In this document: positions 48,680-57,541 of the stretch, in pieces
Layout: every line of letters starts with the position of its first letter
Position numbering within the stretch: the first letter of the stretch is position 1
IMG/VR virus record: IMGVR_UViG_3300038603_000024
Span: 1-64,000 of that record
From: a virus
Lineage: Duplodnaviria; Heunggongvirae; Uroviricota; Caudoviricetes
Length of the DNA stretch: 64,000 bases
Direction: 5' to 3' (one strand)
The notes under the pieces: generated by a model
Database searches by the model: none
What the model was told of the DNA's origin: nothing
The model's input: only the letters and a program-made list of their open reading frames with translations
Program-made: the position numbers and the translations under genes

Positions 48680-48699
48680 TTGTCATGTTAAGTATTACC
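48680..48699. promoter_or_regulatory. Palindromic motif copy 5 (TTGTCATGTTAAGTATTACC), immediately downstream of a terminator.
   Basis: The terminator-then-motif arrangement suggests a promoter for the portal and capsid operon. Confidence 0.45.
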
Positions 48700-48700
48700 A

Positions 48701-48741
48701 TAAAAAAAGGCCCCAATCCAGTGGAAAGGGGCTGTAAGTAC
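48701..48741 (-). terminator. Rho-independent terminator on the minus strand (GCCCC-loop-GGGGC followed by TTTTTTT).
   Basis: 5-bp GC stem plus a 7-T run when read on the minus strand. It closes the packaging-region transcript. Confidence 0.5.
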
Positions 48742-48758
48742 ATTAGAGGCAGTCAGGC

Positions 48759-49100
48759 TTAGTCGGTATGGCTTTCGTTAAGACCAAGAGCAGATAGGAC
48801 GCGACGGGCGTAGTCTTTTTGAGCGGCGGCTTTGGCGGCTTCCTTTGTTTCGTGTTCAGATACTTGCTCCATGCCAACCAATACACCGCCAAGCATCCAT
48901 TTGCCGTAGGCATTTTCATACATACGGTATTCTGCATTGGCTGCAGATGTGGGATCTTTTGCGAACGTACCGTATTTGTCGGTGCACCATTCTAGATCCA
49001 TGCTTTCAGCGATAACTGAGAGGATAGCGTCGGCGGCCTCGGATGGGTGATGATTGCGGTATTCTCTAATGGTTTGTTCTATTTTGTCACGTAGGTTCAT
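48759..49100 (-). CDS. Hypothetical protein (113 aa, MNLRDKIEQTIREYR...).
   Basis: I took the internal start, which has a GGAGGT ribosome-binding site. The longer listed ORF overlaps the upstream gene. Confidence 0.4.
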   Translation of the reverse strand: MNLRDKIEQTIREYRNHHPSEAADAILSVIAESMDLEWCTDKYGTFAKDPTSAANAEYRMYENAYGKWMLGGVLVGMEQVSEHETKEAAKAAAQKDYARRVLSALGLNESHTD

Positions 49101-49104
49101 TTTG

Positions 49105-49509
49105 TTACCTCCACGGCGTGTCATTAGTGAAGAAGCAGTTGCCGCCGATACATCCGTCAAACTCATACTCACTTTCCCAGAATTGAGGCTTTCCCTCAGT
49201 CCGAAAGTGCGTTGACGTGATCTCCAGCCCATTGCCTGACAGCGCGTCCTCTGCCACGGCAACCGCTGCGTCCCATGCCCATTCGTCAGGTGCGCCATTA
49301 GTCTTTGGCTTGGGCGCAGTCTTGTCAACGATAGAGGCCCAAGGGAACTGATTATCCGCAAACACAACCCCGCAGGCTGTATCCGCATAGCGCTCATCCT
49401 CAACCCGGTTCTGAACAACAGCGACAACAGCCGCCATTGCGTCAGGGGTTTGGTAGTGTTCGCGTGACTCGAAGAAAGCCGCCAAGGCCAAACAGGTAAG
49501 AGGTGTCAT
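49105..49509 (-). CDS. Cell-wall hydrolase, SleB-like (Hydrolase_2 fold).
   Basis: AMAAVVAVVQNRVEDERYADTACGVVFADNQF matches the SleB-family core. Confidence 0.5.
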   Translation of the reverse strand: MTPLTCLALAAFFESREHYQTPDAMAAVVAVVQNRVEDERYADTACGVVFADNQFPWASIVDKTAPKPKTNGAPDEWAWDAAVAVAEDALSGNGLEITSTHFRTEGKPQFWESEYEFDGCIGGNCFFTNDTPWR

Positions 49510-50003
49510 GCTCGCTCGCTTTCTCTGTGTGCAGTGCCGCCGAAGTTCATCAGATTGTAATAGTCGCGCAAGTACTGCTCGTTGTCAGTTTTCGTGATGT
49601 AGCAACCAAACCTAGCGCCACTCCGAAAGAAACGTTTATCTACCGTAGTGGTTTCTGACCACTTATAGCCAAACACCTCAAACTTATCCTCAAGGTACAT
49701 TTGCACGGCGTTCATTCGCTGCTGACCGTCAATAAGAAGGTTGTTGTACTTGCTGCCGTATAGGCGATTGAAGGTGTAGGTGCCTACTGGCAATCCAAGC
49801 CAGAGGCTTTCAATCAGTCTGACGTTTTGATCTTTTGTCCATACAAGCCCGCGCTGCCAGTCCGGAAGAAAATACCCCATGACGCTTCGCAGTCCCTGAG
49901 TATTTTCCTCTTCTTGATCCTCATAATGCATCATTGCCTCGCCAATACATGCATCAAATCTATGACCTAGATCCATTGTTTTAGGCATCACGCGCTTGCT
50001 CAT
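49506..50003 (-). CDS. DUF262 / ParB-like (DGQQR motif) domain protein.
   Basis: NLLIDGQQRMNA is the conserved DUF262 motif. Lies downstream of the large terminase. Confidence 0.55.
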   Translation of the reverse strand: MSKRVMPKTMDLGHRFDACIGEAMMHYEDQEEENTQGLRSVMGYFLPDWQRGLVWTKDQNVRLIESLWLGLPVGTYTFNRLYGSKYNNLLIDGQQRMNAVQMYLEDKFEVFGYKWSETTTVDKRFFRSGARFGCYITKTDNEQYLRDYYNLMNFGGTAHRESERA

Positions 50004-50058
50004 CTCATCTCTCCTTTTCCTGCATCCAACATACATCCTCAAGTGGTGGCGTCAACAC

Positions 50059-52908
50059 TTATTTGCGACCTTTCCCGCGCAGTCTGTCCAATCGGTTGTT
50101 GCCCTTGCGTAGATTGGACGTGCCACCAAGGATGCGTTGGGGCTGATGTGCCGCCATCTGCTCCCGCATTTGTGCAACCCGTGGCTTCCTCAGTCCTACC
50201 GCGTGTGAGTAGTGCAGCATGATTGTGGTGTCTGCTTTGTCAGGGGACCGGCCAAGGCGTTCCTTGACTTTATCCTTCGGCTCTAGCTCAACCACCTGCT
50301 GCGCCACAGACGATGCGCCAGACTTCCATTCTTTGACACGGAAAGCACACAGTTCAACCAGCAATTCAGGATCTGGGGGGAGGGCAATATCATCGCCATT
50401 GTTCGGATCAAGCGCGTCACGCAGCGCCCACAGTGCCTCAGCTTTGAAGTTGCGGAATTTGTACAGCCCGTTGCGAGAGGGTCGCGTTGACTTGGTGGAT
50501 GATACAAAGCCGTAGCATTCAATCCCAGCCTCTGCCAGCTTGGTAAGGGCATCACCACCGTAACCGCCACCAGCATCGACAACCACCCGGCACTGTCCTT
50601 TGACCTGCTTCATGATCTCAGAAGCGGCTGTCATTCCGTCTGGGGTTTGCGATCCTGGAACAGTGTGGAAATGTCCGAACCATGCCCCGTGCCGTGCTTG
50701 TACAACAGTCCTATCTGCACCGCCCTGTGCGATGTCAGAGGCAACGGCAGTCATCGGAATATCGTCAGGCGGAGTGTCGATCCACCGGGCCTGTGCCAAG
50801 CGTACCCACTCGGAGGGGATGACTTGTTTCTCATCGTCTTCTTGGTCTGCGGTAAAGTCGCCATACAGCAGCTGGGAACGCAGAGGCTCAGGCAACGCCA
50901 TGACGCGCGCCTTGTAGCCCTTGTCATTGGCTAGGTACGGATTGTCAGCAACAAGAGACGGGATGAATGTTCGGCTCATGGCAATATACGGCTCACCGTC
51001 TACGATATGCTCACCGGGGCCATCAACCCAAACCGTCTTGCCCCTTACGATAATAGACCACCGCAGTTCACCCGGTTGTGCGCGCTGCGTCCGCTCCGCC
51101 TTGATCCACGGGTCAAACTCTTCTAACAGCCATTGCCCGTCACCACCTCGCGGCGGGTTGGTGCCTAGGATAATTCGGCATCGTTGGTCTGGTCGAGTAG
51201 TACGAAGCCAAGCAAACAGGGAGAACACCTGCTCTTTTAGGAACTCGCCAGCCTCATCAAACGCCATATAGTCCCGCGCGTTACCGGCGTGTTTTCGCCA
51301 GTCGTCGGCTTGCTGAAGGCCCGCAAACTTTAGGCTTTTCCCATCCCCCCATGTCCAAAGCTTCTCGACTTTGTTGTAACTTGCATCGGGAATTTTTTCA
51401 AAGACCTCATGAGAGAACGCAATCAGACCATCAAGCTGCGTGGCTTCACGGCGGAAGATGATGCCAGTGTGATGATACAGGGACGGACACCCGACCTCAA
51501 GCGCACTATTGTGAGTGACGATGAAGCTATCGCCCAAGCAATAACTGTGATCAGCGTTATCAACTTGGATACACTGCATAGGGACAGGCTCAACCGGCTG
51601 CACGTCTGCGATGTACCGGCGCAAAACGTACTCAGGTTTCGGCGTCAGGTTCTGCAACTTCGCCTTCCTCGGCAGGTTAAAAACCCTCTTGTCAGTGTTG
51701 AATTTCAGTCTGTAGTGATCATTGTGTCTGCTGTTCTTTTTGCTCAGCTCTTTCACTTTGATCGTGCTTTTAATTCCAAGCGTTCCAAGAAGTCTGTGGA
51801 CATCCTCAATAAGATCCTTGTCTGAAAAGGACACCTCACAATCACCTCTGCCACGGCAGGCGGTTCCGTCTGTATCCATAAGCCCGCGAAGCAAGTTGAG
51901 CCTCTGCTCATGCGAAGAGCTGAAATATACTTCCGGGATTCTCTTTATGACGAACTCGTTTTCTGACTTACTCCAATCTGTCTCCAGCAAACGGAACAGA
52001 TCTTTCCCTAAGTCTTTAGAATGCGCGGCCAGCATTTTCCTTCCTGGACGTTTCATCTCCTTGTATGAAAAGTCATAGACGTCTAGGTATGGCTTAAGCA
52101 CTTGCAAGTCGTCATCCAGCATGGCGATTCTAGAGTGGTATTTATCACCATCTCCGAGCCAGATGCCAAACACATATGGATCAATTGGCAAGTCAGCGCT
52201 TGGAAGCTGAATAGGCTTCATCACTTGAACGCTATGATTTTTCTCACCCCTTTTAGACGTAAGGGTTTCAAAAATCTCTTGCGTGGTTCGCGCCGATGGC
52301 CTTGGAGGCTCACTGTAGTTATATTTCCTCAGTGAGTTATTTTTCTTTGTAGTGTCGCTTTGCAACTTCCCCTTTGATGGGTTGGACTTCGCACGGCTCG
52401 GGCGGCTAGCCTTTCTAGCTTCCCTAAACTCAGGAGTTTTTCTAGATGCGCTTTTGCGCTCTGCGCTGGTCATTGTGATCCACTCGTGGCGAGCATCACA
52501 AATGAAGCTTTCACCCGTGTTGAATGTAACACGATATGCAACGTCTGGGGTGAACACCTCAGATTTAGCAACGACATTTGTTGGAAGCCCATCCGAGCCA
52601 AACACCACGTCACCGACCTTCAAAGTCTCCATGGTTTGCGGGCCTCGATTCGCTGTGTTGATTTTTGTGTTTAAAATCAAGGCCTTGCCGCCACCACTAC
52701 CCCCGCCAAAGAGGAGAATATCCGCCTCACTCAGCAACGCATCTGTCTGCGCTCCGGGGTTTGGGATAAACGGCGCTGTTCCGATAGCTGCGTCTACCGT
52801 CTCCTCAAGCTCTTTTCTGGCTTCGGGCGGCATTGCGTCGAGGATTTTCAGGAGTTCATCAATATCCATGTAGGGCCTGCAAACAAAGAAATAGGTTGCT
52901 TGGACCAT
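50059..52908 (-). CDS. terL: Terminase large subunit interrupted by an intein.
   Basis: Excising the intein restores the Walker A motif GGGSGGGK-S. The Walker B motif is YMAFDEAGEF, and a C-terminal nuclease region is present. Confidence 0.8.
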   Translation of the reverse strand: MVQATYFFVCRPYMDIDELLKILDAMPPEARKELEETVDAAIGTAPFIPNPGAQTDALLSEADILLFGGGSGGGKALILNTKINTANRGPQTMETLKVGDVVFGSDGLPTNVVAKSEVFTPDVAYRVTFNTGESFICDARHEWITMTSAERKSASRKTPEFREARKASRPSRAKSNPSKGKLQSDTTKKNNSLRKYNYSEPPRPSARTTQEIFETLTSKRGEKNHSVQVMKPIQLPSADLPIDPYVFGIWLGDGDKYHSRIAMLDDDLQVLKPYLDVYDFSYKEMKRPGRKMLAAHSKDLGKDLFRLLETDWSKSENEFVIKRIPEVYFSSSHEQRLNLLRGLMDTDGTACRGRGDCEVSFSDKDLIEDVHRLLGTLGIKSTIKVKELSKKNSRHNDHYRLKFNTDKRVFNLPRKAKLQNLTPKPEYVLRRYIADVQPVEPVPMQCIQVDNADHSYCLGDSFIVTHNSALEVGCPSLYHHTGIIFRREATQLDGLIAFSHEVFEKIPDASYNKVEKLWTWGDGKSLKFAGLQQADDWRKHAGNARDYMAFDEAGEFLKEQVFSLFAWLRTTRPDQRCRIILGTNPPRGGDGQWLLEEFDPWIKAERTQRAQPGELRWSIIVRGKTVWVDGPGEHIVDGEPYIAMSRTFIPSLVADNPYLANDKGYKARVMALPEPLRSQLLYGDFTADQEDDEKQVIPSEWVRLAQARWIDTPPDDIPMTAVASDIAQGGADRTVVQARHGAWFGHFHTVPGSQTPDGMTAASEIMKQVKGQCRVVVDAGGGYGGDALTKLAEAGIECYGFVSSTKSTRPSRNGLYKFRNFKAEALWALRDALDPNNGDDIALPPDPELLVELCAFRVKEWKSGASSVAQQVVELEPKDKVKERLGRSPDKADTTIMLHYSHAVGLRKPRVAQMREQMAAHQPQRILGGTSNLRKGNNRLDRLRGKGRK
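51508..52683 (-). mobile_element. Intein (about 392 aa) with a LAGLIDADG homing endonuclease, inserted in the terminase P-loop between the Walker lysine and Ser.
   Basis: It starts ALILNTKI (block A, with an apparent Ala1). The Hint core is KVGDVVFGSDG...VAYRVTFNTGESFICDARHEW. LAGLIDADG blocks are FGIWLGDGDK and LLRGLMDTDGT. It ends FIVTHN, with +1 Ser. Confidence 0.7.
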
Positions 52909-53221
52909 ACCAGATATTGTTGTGGATGTTAAGAGAAAGCCCGGACCATTAGCCGCCAGGGTCCGGGTACTGGCATCATCAAGCCTGCGGAGAGGAGAGG
53001 AGGAGAGACGCAGGCGATAGCTATGAAGTTACAATAGGTGTTTGTCAGGTCGAGTGCAACACCTATTTGATCCGCGCACTTCCCCAAACGCTTGCAGCCG
53101 TACTGGCTAGGAGGCCGGACTTAACGCTAGGCCATTGCAGCCAGTCTGGCAGCTTCAGGATGAGCGGCTTGGCGTTGGGTTTCATGTGGTATTTAATTCT
53201 GTCTTCTGTCGTAACCATTGA

Positions 53222-53704
53222 TTATTTCTCCAGTGATGTAAAAACTGCGCCTAGACTTTTAGCTTTCATTAGCGCCAATTTCGCTTTGTATCCCGCTGCT
53301 AGTAGTGTTGTTCCCGTTCCAGGTGATTGACCAACAGATCCGTCTGGTCGTTCAAACTTTATCTTTGGAGACATAAACAAGACTGCATCTGCCATCGGTG
53401 CAAACTCCTGCCACCACGGCGCTGATGTTCGATCAGGGAGCAAGGCAATGCCGTTGCCGTGATCAAAAAACTTGCTCAGCCAAAGCCGCTTGGTGGACTG
53501 GTGTCCAAATGGAGGGTTCATCCAGACAAAGCCGGTCCATTCCCGTTCCAACGATTTCTCCGAATAAAAGGAGTTGGCCGGGACGTACCGTGGCCCTTCG
53601 GGTGGACTGGCAACATCCAGATCAAAACGCACACCTAGCGCATGAAAGATATATGCCGGGGTGTACCATTCGTCGCTTTCTCCTGCTTTCTCATATGCTG
53701 CCAT
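53222..53704 (-). CDS. Phage Dam-type N6-adenine DNA methyltransferase (small, 160 aa).
   Basis: Motifs DEWYTP and MNPPFG. Confidence 0.7.
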   Translation of the reverse strand: MAAYEKAGESDEWYTPAYIFHALGVRFDLDVASPPEGPRYVPANSFYSEKSLEREWTGFVWMNPPFGHQSTKRLWLSKFFDHGNGIALLPDRTSAPWWQEFAPMADAVLFMSPKIKFERPDGSVGQSPGTGTTLLAAGYKAKLALMKAKSLGAVFTSLEK

Positions 53705-53716
53705 ATTTAAAGACCT

Positions 53717-53980
53717 TCATTCACCCAGCCCCTCTTTAGCAACAGCCACCATCCGTTTCCCGATGTGCGCCATGTTTGGTGTTTCCATTGCAACGATCTC
53801 GCGCAGTTTATTATGCGCCGCTGCAGCCACTTCCCAGCCCTTAGACGACTCGCGTGCACTTGCCACGTAGTCAGCTTTTGTCTGCAGGTACAACTTTTGC
53901 CACTCTTCGGACAGACGGAAAGCTCGTGACAATTCCCCGCCGCTAATCACGTCCACTAGTTTCTCTCGAAATGTCATCAC
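53717..53980 (-). CDS. Hypothetical protein (87 aa).
   Basis: ORF in the track, coupled to its neighbour. Confidence 0.3.
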   Translation of the reverse strand: MMTFREKLVDVISGGELSRAFRLSEEWQKLYLQTKADYVASARESSKGWEVAAAAHNKLREIVAMETPNMAHIGKRMVAVAKEGLGE

Positions 53981-54696
53981 ACTTCCTCCATGACAATCAC
54001 GTCACCGTTTTCGTTGGTGAATGTCCCGGTTGCTGGCTTGCCGTCTGTCCGAGTGTAGCTAATCACCACGTCATCGGTGCCATTCTCTGACCACATAGCG
54101 CCAGTGGTCCTGTCACGCTTCAGCGTTACCGTTTCGCGCACAGGATTAGGCTTGATGCGGTAGGCGAACTCGTCCTTCCACAGGTTTTCAGGTGAAAGCT
54201 CACCCCATCCTGACGGAGCAGGCGGGTACTCCCATTCAATAACTTTACCCTCATGGTGAGCAAACAACAGCTCTCCCTTTTCCTCTTCGGTCATTTCTCC
54301 CCACGTCTTAGTCCCGCCAAGTTCACCCACAACAGATTTAGTTTTCCCGTATTTTTCTGTGTAACTGGAGTAGGGAAAAACAAACGCTTTAATAGGTCCC
54401 GCCACACCCCTCATCTTCACGACAAGGTCGGCAAGCGTTCCGGTTTTAGGTTCACGCACAAAAGGACCGTCTTGACGCTCATCGCAGATTGCGTTCAGCT
54501 CGTCGTCTTCGATCCACTCGGAGATGAGGTCAGTTTCAGGATGATTAAGATTTTGGCGCTTGCCATATTTAGACCAGTATCCCTTTATTACATTGCAAGT
54601 AAATGGGTACCCGTCATAGCAGATGCCATCATCTACCATAGGTCCGACTTTTTCCCCACTGCGTGTCCGGTAGCATTTCCCAACTTTAATTTCCAT
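53977..54696 (-). CDS. Hypothetical protein (239 aa).
   Basis: ORF in the track. Confidence 0.35.
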   Translation of the reverse strand: MEIKVGKCYRTRSGEKVGPMVDDGICYDGYPFTCNVIKGYWSKYGKRQNLNHPETDLISEWIEDDELNAICDERQDGPFVREPKTGTLADLVVKMRGVAGPIKAFVFPYSSYTEKYGKTKSVVGELGGTKTWGEMTEEEKGELLFAHHEGKVIEWEYPPAPSGWGELSPENLWKDEFAYRIKPNPVRETVTLKRDRTTGAMWSENGTDDVVISYTRTDGKPATGTFTNENGDVIVMEEV

Positions 54697-54705
54697 AACT
54701 TCCTC

Positions 54706-55116
54706 CTATAGCCAAATCGGCTTTTTGCGACCAATCTTTGCCCAACCCTCATCGGTGAGCAGGATGTTTGCGGCTGCATCTTCAGCCTTTATAACCTGTA
54801 ATTGCACCAAGCCAATATCAATTAGCCCGCTCAAAATACTTCCGCCCTGATTGCGACTACACGGCATCGGCACTGACTTCTCTAGCCGGATCATCATATC
54901 CAAAGCGCTGCTCATGTGGCTCAGGTTTTCCTGCGACTTTGCAATCAGCTCAAGGATCTGTGTCGCGTGTCCGTCCTCGTTCAGCCGGTCAAACAGGTCT
55001 GGCAGTTCACGGCTGCGGATTTCTGCCCCGCCTAGCCGTTGCCCCTCGAAATAGTCCATGATCTCTCCTTCGTATCTCTCTGAACCTTGAACCGTGCCAA
55101 TAGTGTTGTCAACCAT
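54706..55116 (-). CDS. Hypothetical protein (136 aa).
   Basis: ORF in the track. Confidence 0.35.
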   Translation of the reverse strand: MVDNTIGTVQGSERYEGEIMDYFEGQRLGGAEIRSRELPDLFDRLNEDGHATQILELIAKSQENLSHMSSALDMMIRLEKSVPMPCSRNQGGSILSGLIDIGLVQLQVIKAEDAAANILLTDEGWAKIGRKKPIWL

Positions 55117-56062
55117 TATTCACCACCGATAGTCTCGCTTGAGACAAGTGTATGTCATTCCAATCAATACCCACAGTGTCTGGAATGTGTACGCTTACCT
55201 CGTAATCCCTGACTGCCAGCCGGTGCGCCAAGAGAAACGCTGCTGCTTGCCCGCCGTACTTTGGGTCATTGTCTGCAAAGATTGCGATCTGCTTGCATCC
55301 CTCTGGCGGCAACCATTTCTTGAGTAGCGCCGTATTGATAGCAGACCACACAGGCAGGCCGTACATGGCTGATGCGCTCATTGCAGTCTCAATCCCTTCG
55401 GCAATCCCAAGAGCGCCACCAGGAACGTACTCAGAAAGTCTAACGCATGATCCTTCTGGCAATTCCCCCGGCATGATCTTGCGCGGGCATTCCATCTCAG
55501 CTTTTGCTCTGCCATCGGGTCGCAAGAATGTCCGGTGCATAGATACTGGCTTTCCTGTTCGATCCACAATCATTGCCACCATCGCGGGCCTAATGCCCCC
55601 GTCACCGTCTCGAATGGATGGCGCAAACCGCAGTGAGTCTGGATAGGTCACTTCACCCACCCCGCGCGCAGTCAAATAACGGTCAACCAAATCACCGGAC
55701 TGCAAAGGCTGGGTTGCCTTGTACGTGGCGCGAAGGGCATTGCGCTTTTGCTCTGCTGTCATGCCGGATTGTTCATTCGGCGCGTCGTACTTCACATTGC
55801 CCACCATGTTGTCAATCTCATTTGCGATTTCATAAAACGGCTTGCCTGTGAACTCCATGGCTAGGTTAATCCCGTCACCTGATCCGCATGTGCAGATCCA
55901 AGTCCCTCTGCCTTCCTTGTCATCAAATCGAAAGTTCTTATCAGAATTACACAGGGGGCATGGCCCGTGTTTATTTTTCAGGAACTCTTCTGGCAACCCA
56001 AGGGACATTAGGATTCCACGCCACTTGCCCCGTGCAACGTTGGCAGTTCTATCACTCAGCAT
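55109..56062 (-). CDS. DNA primase (zinc-binding domain plus Toprim domain).
   Basis: CPLC...C-T-C zinc cluster. Toprim motifs IAEGIETAMS and FADNDPKYGGQ. Confidence 0.65.
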   Translation of the reverse strand: MLSDRTANVARGKWRGILMSLGLPEEFLKNKHGPCPLCNSDKNFRFDDKEGRGTWICTCGSGDGINLAMEFTGKPFYEIANEIDNMVGNVKYDAPNEQSGMTAEQKRNALRATYKATQPLQSGDLVDRYLTARGVGEVTYPDSLRFAPSIRDGDGGIRPAMVAMIVDRTGKPVSMHRTFLRPDGRAKAEMECPRKIMPGELPEGSCVRLSEYVPGGALGIAEGIETAMSASAMYGLPVWSAINTALLKKWLPPEGCKQIAIFADNDPKYGGQAAAFLLAHRLAVRDYEVSVHIPDTVGIDWNDIHLSQARLSVVNNG

Positions 56063-57541
56063 TTAGCTTCCTCTCCGTTTGCTGTTTTTCTTGGCCCAAG
56101 CGATCCGGCATGATTTCTCATAGTTCAAGAAACTTTGGTCTCCGGGCTTCATTACTTCTTCTAGGCTACGTGGCCACACTCCGAACTTCTTGCGATACAG
56201 GTTAGCAGCCCATCCGTGCTTATAGCCCCTCTTCATAGCCAGCCAAAGAGCCATGCTGTAGAAGTCCTGCTTCTCCTGTTTGGTCGGAACCTTGCGCTCG
56301 CCCTCGGTGATTTCAATCAGTTCACCGTCTTCTGTCTCCACCCCCGGAATAGGTTTGCGCTCATGTCCGCAGAACGGGCAGACCAAGCCAGTAATAAGAG
56401 TGCCACAATTTCCACACGCTTTCGGCAGCTTCTCTTTCTTCTCAGCCTTCTGACGTTGCTTCGGCGGGGTCTTGTCCAGCTCTTCGTGGTGAATATCCGT
56501 AACCAAGCCTAGTCGCAAACTATTCCCTGCATGGTCAAAGACTTTCAGGTCTTCTGTGCCAGGATTAACCCTCAATCCTCGCCCGATTTTTTGCAAGTGT
56601 AAAATCTCACTTTGAGTTGGGGCGGCGTCCACGATACAAGACACAGGCCAGTCAACGCCAGTTGTAAGCGTCCGAACAGAGCAGGCAACCTTGATTTCAC
56701 CGGACCTAAACTTGCGCTCAATCTGCTGTCGTTCCACAACATCTGTGAATGCATCAATATATGCAGTGGCTACCCCGGCGCGCTGGAAGTCCTCAGCGAT
56801 ACTTGCCGCGTGTGCCCTGTTCACTCCGAAGACAAGCGTTGGCCTATTCTCTCCGTTGCGCAGCCAGTTCTCAACGATAGATCCCATGATGGATTTACCG
56901 CTCATCACCCCTTCCGCCTGCTTGCTGTCGTAGTCGCCAGCAACGGTTTTGACGCCATCAAGATCCGGGATGTCAGGTGCGAACACTTGGAACTTGGACA
57001 AGAATCCCTGCTGGATCAACTCGCTCACAGTACAGGCGCAAATCAAATCATCCCACAGAAGCCCCATGCCCTTAGCCCACGGCGTAGCGGATAGGCCGAT
57101 GAAAAAGATATCATCCCGCTGCTGCATCAGGTCTTCAACAACCTTAGCTCTGATATGAGCCTCATCCACAATCACCAGATCCACTGGTGGCATATCGCGC
57201 CGTGCCAATGTCTGTACGGATGCAACCTGAACCCGTGCGTCTGGATTGGTCCGTGGGTGGCTTGCCTGCAAAACGCCGATATCCGTGATGCCCTCGTTTT
57301 CAAACGCTGACACGCTCTGGTCGATCAAGCTAACGGCAGGTGCGGTGAACATAACCCGCTTGCCCTTTTCCAGCGCACCCTCAATGAACCGTGACGCCAG
57401 AACAGTTTTGCCTGCTCCTGTTGCCAACTGACATACGATCTTTCGGTTGCCAGCGGCTGCGGAATCGCGAACCATTTTGAGAGCTTTGACCTGATGCGGG
57501 CGTAGGGTTTTGCGCTGAGGCGTAACCAACATATCCTTCAT
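56063..57541 (-). CDS. SF2 DEAH-box helicase with a C-terminal zinc ribbon.
   Basis: Walker A QLATGAGKT, VIVDEAH and C-terminal CGNCG...CPFCGH. I took the start at MKDMLV so that it abuts the upstream stop. Confidence 0.8.
   Translation of the reverse strand: MKDMLVTPQRKTLRPHQVKALKMVRDSAAAGNRKIVCQLATGAGKTVLASRFIEGALEKGKRVMFTAPAVSLIDQSVSAFENEGITDIGVLQASHPRTNPDARVQVASVQTLARRDMPPVDLVIVDEAHIRAKVVEDLMQQRDDIFFIGLSATPWAKGMGLLWDDLICACTVSELIQQGFLSKFQVFAPDIPDLDGVKTVAGDYDSKQAEGVMSGKSIMGSIVENWLRNGENRPTLVFGVNRAHAASIAEDFQRAGVATAYIDAFTDVVERQQIERKFRSGEIKVACSVRTLTTGVDWPVSCIVDAAPTQSEILHLQKIGRGLRVNPGTEDLKVFDHAGNSLRLGLVTDIHHEELDKTPPKQRQKAEKKEKLPKACGNCGTLITGLVCPFCGHERKPIPGVETEDGELIEITEGERKVPTKQEKQDFYSMALWLAMKRGYKHGWAANLYRKKFGVWPRSLEEVMKPGDQSFLNYEKSCRIAWAKKNSKRRGS

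Noticed and set aside
48759-49427. The long N-terminal extension of the 222-aa ORF overlapping the SleB-like gene.
   Set aside because: The extension is in a different frame over another strongly supported gene. An internal ATG with a GGAGGT ribosome-binding site at 49098-49100 gives a compact, non-overlapping gene.
52940-52980. Hairpin CCCGGACC-N12-GGTCCGGG between the Dam-type methyltransferase and the terminase.
   Set aside because: It is a good 8-bp stem but has no clear T-run on either strand, so I did not call it a terminator. It could still be a regulatory stem-loop or packaging-related structure.
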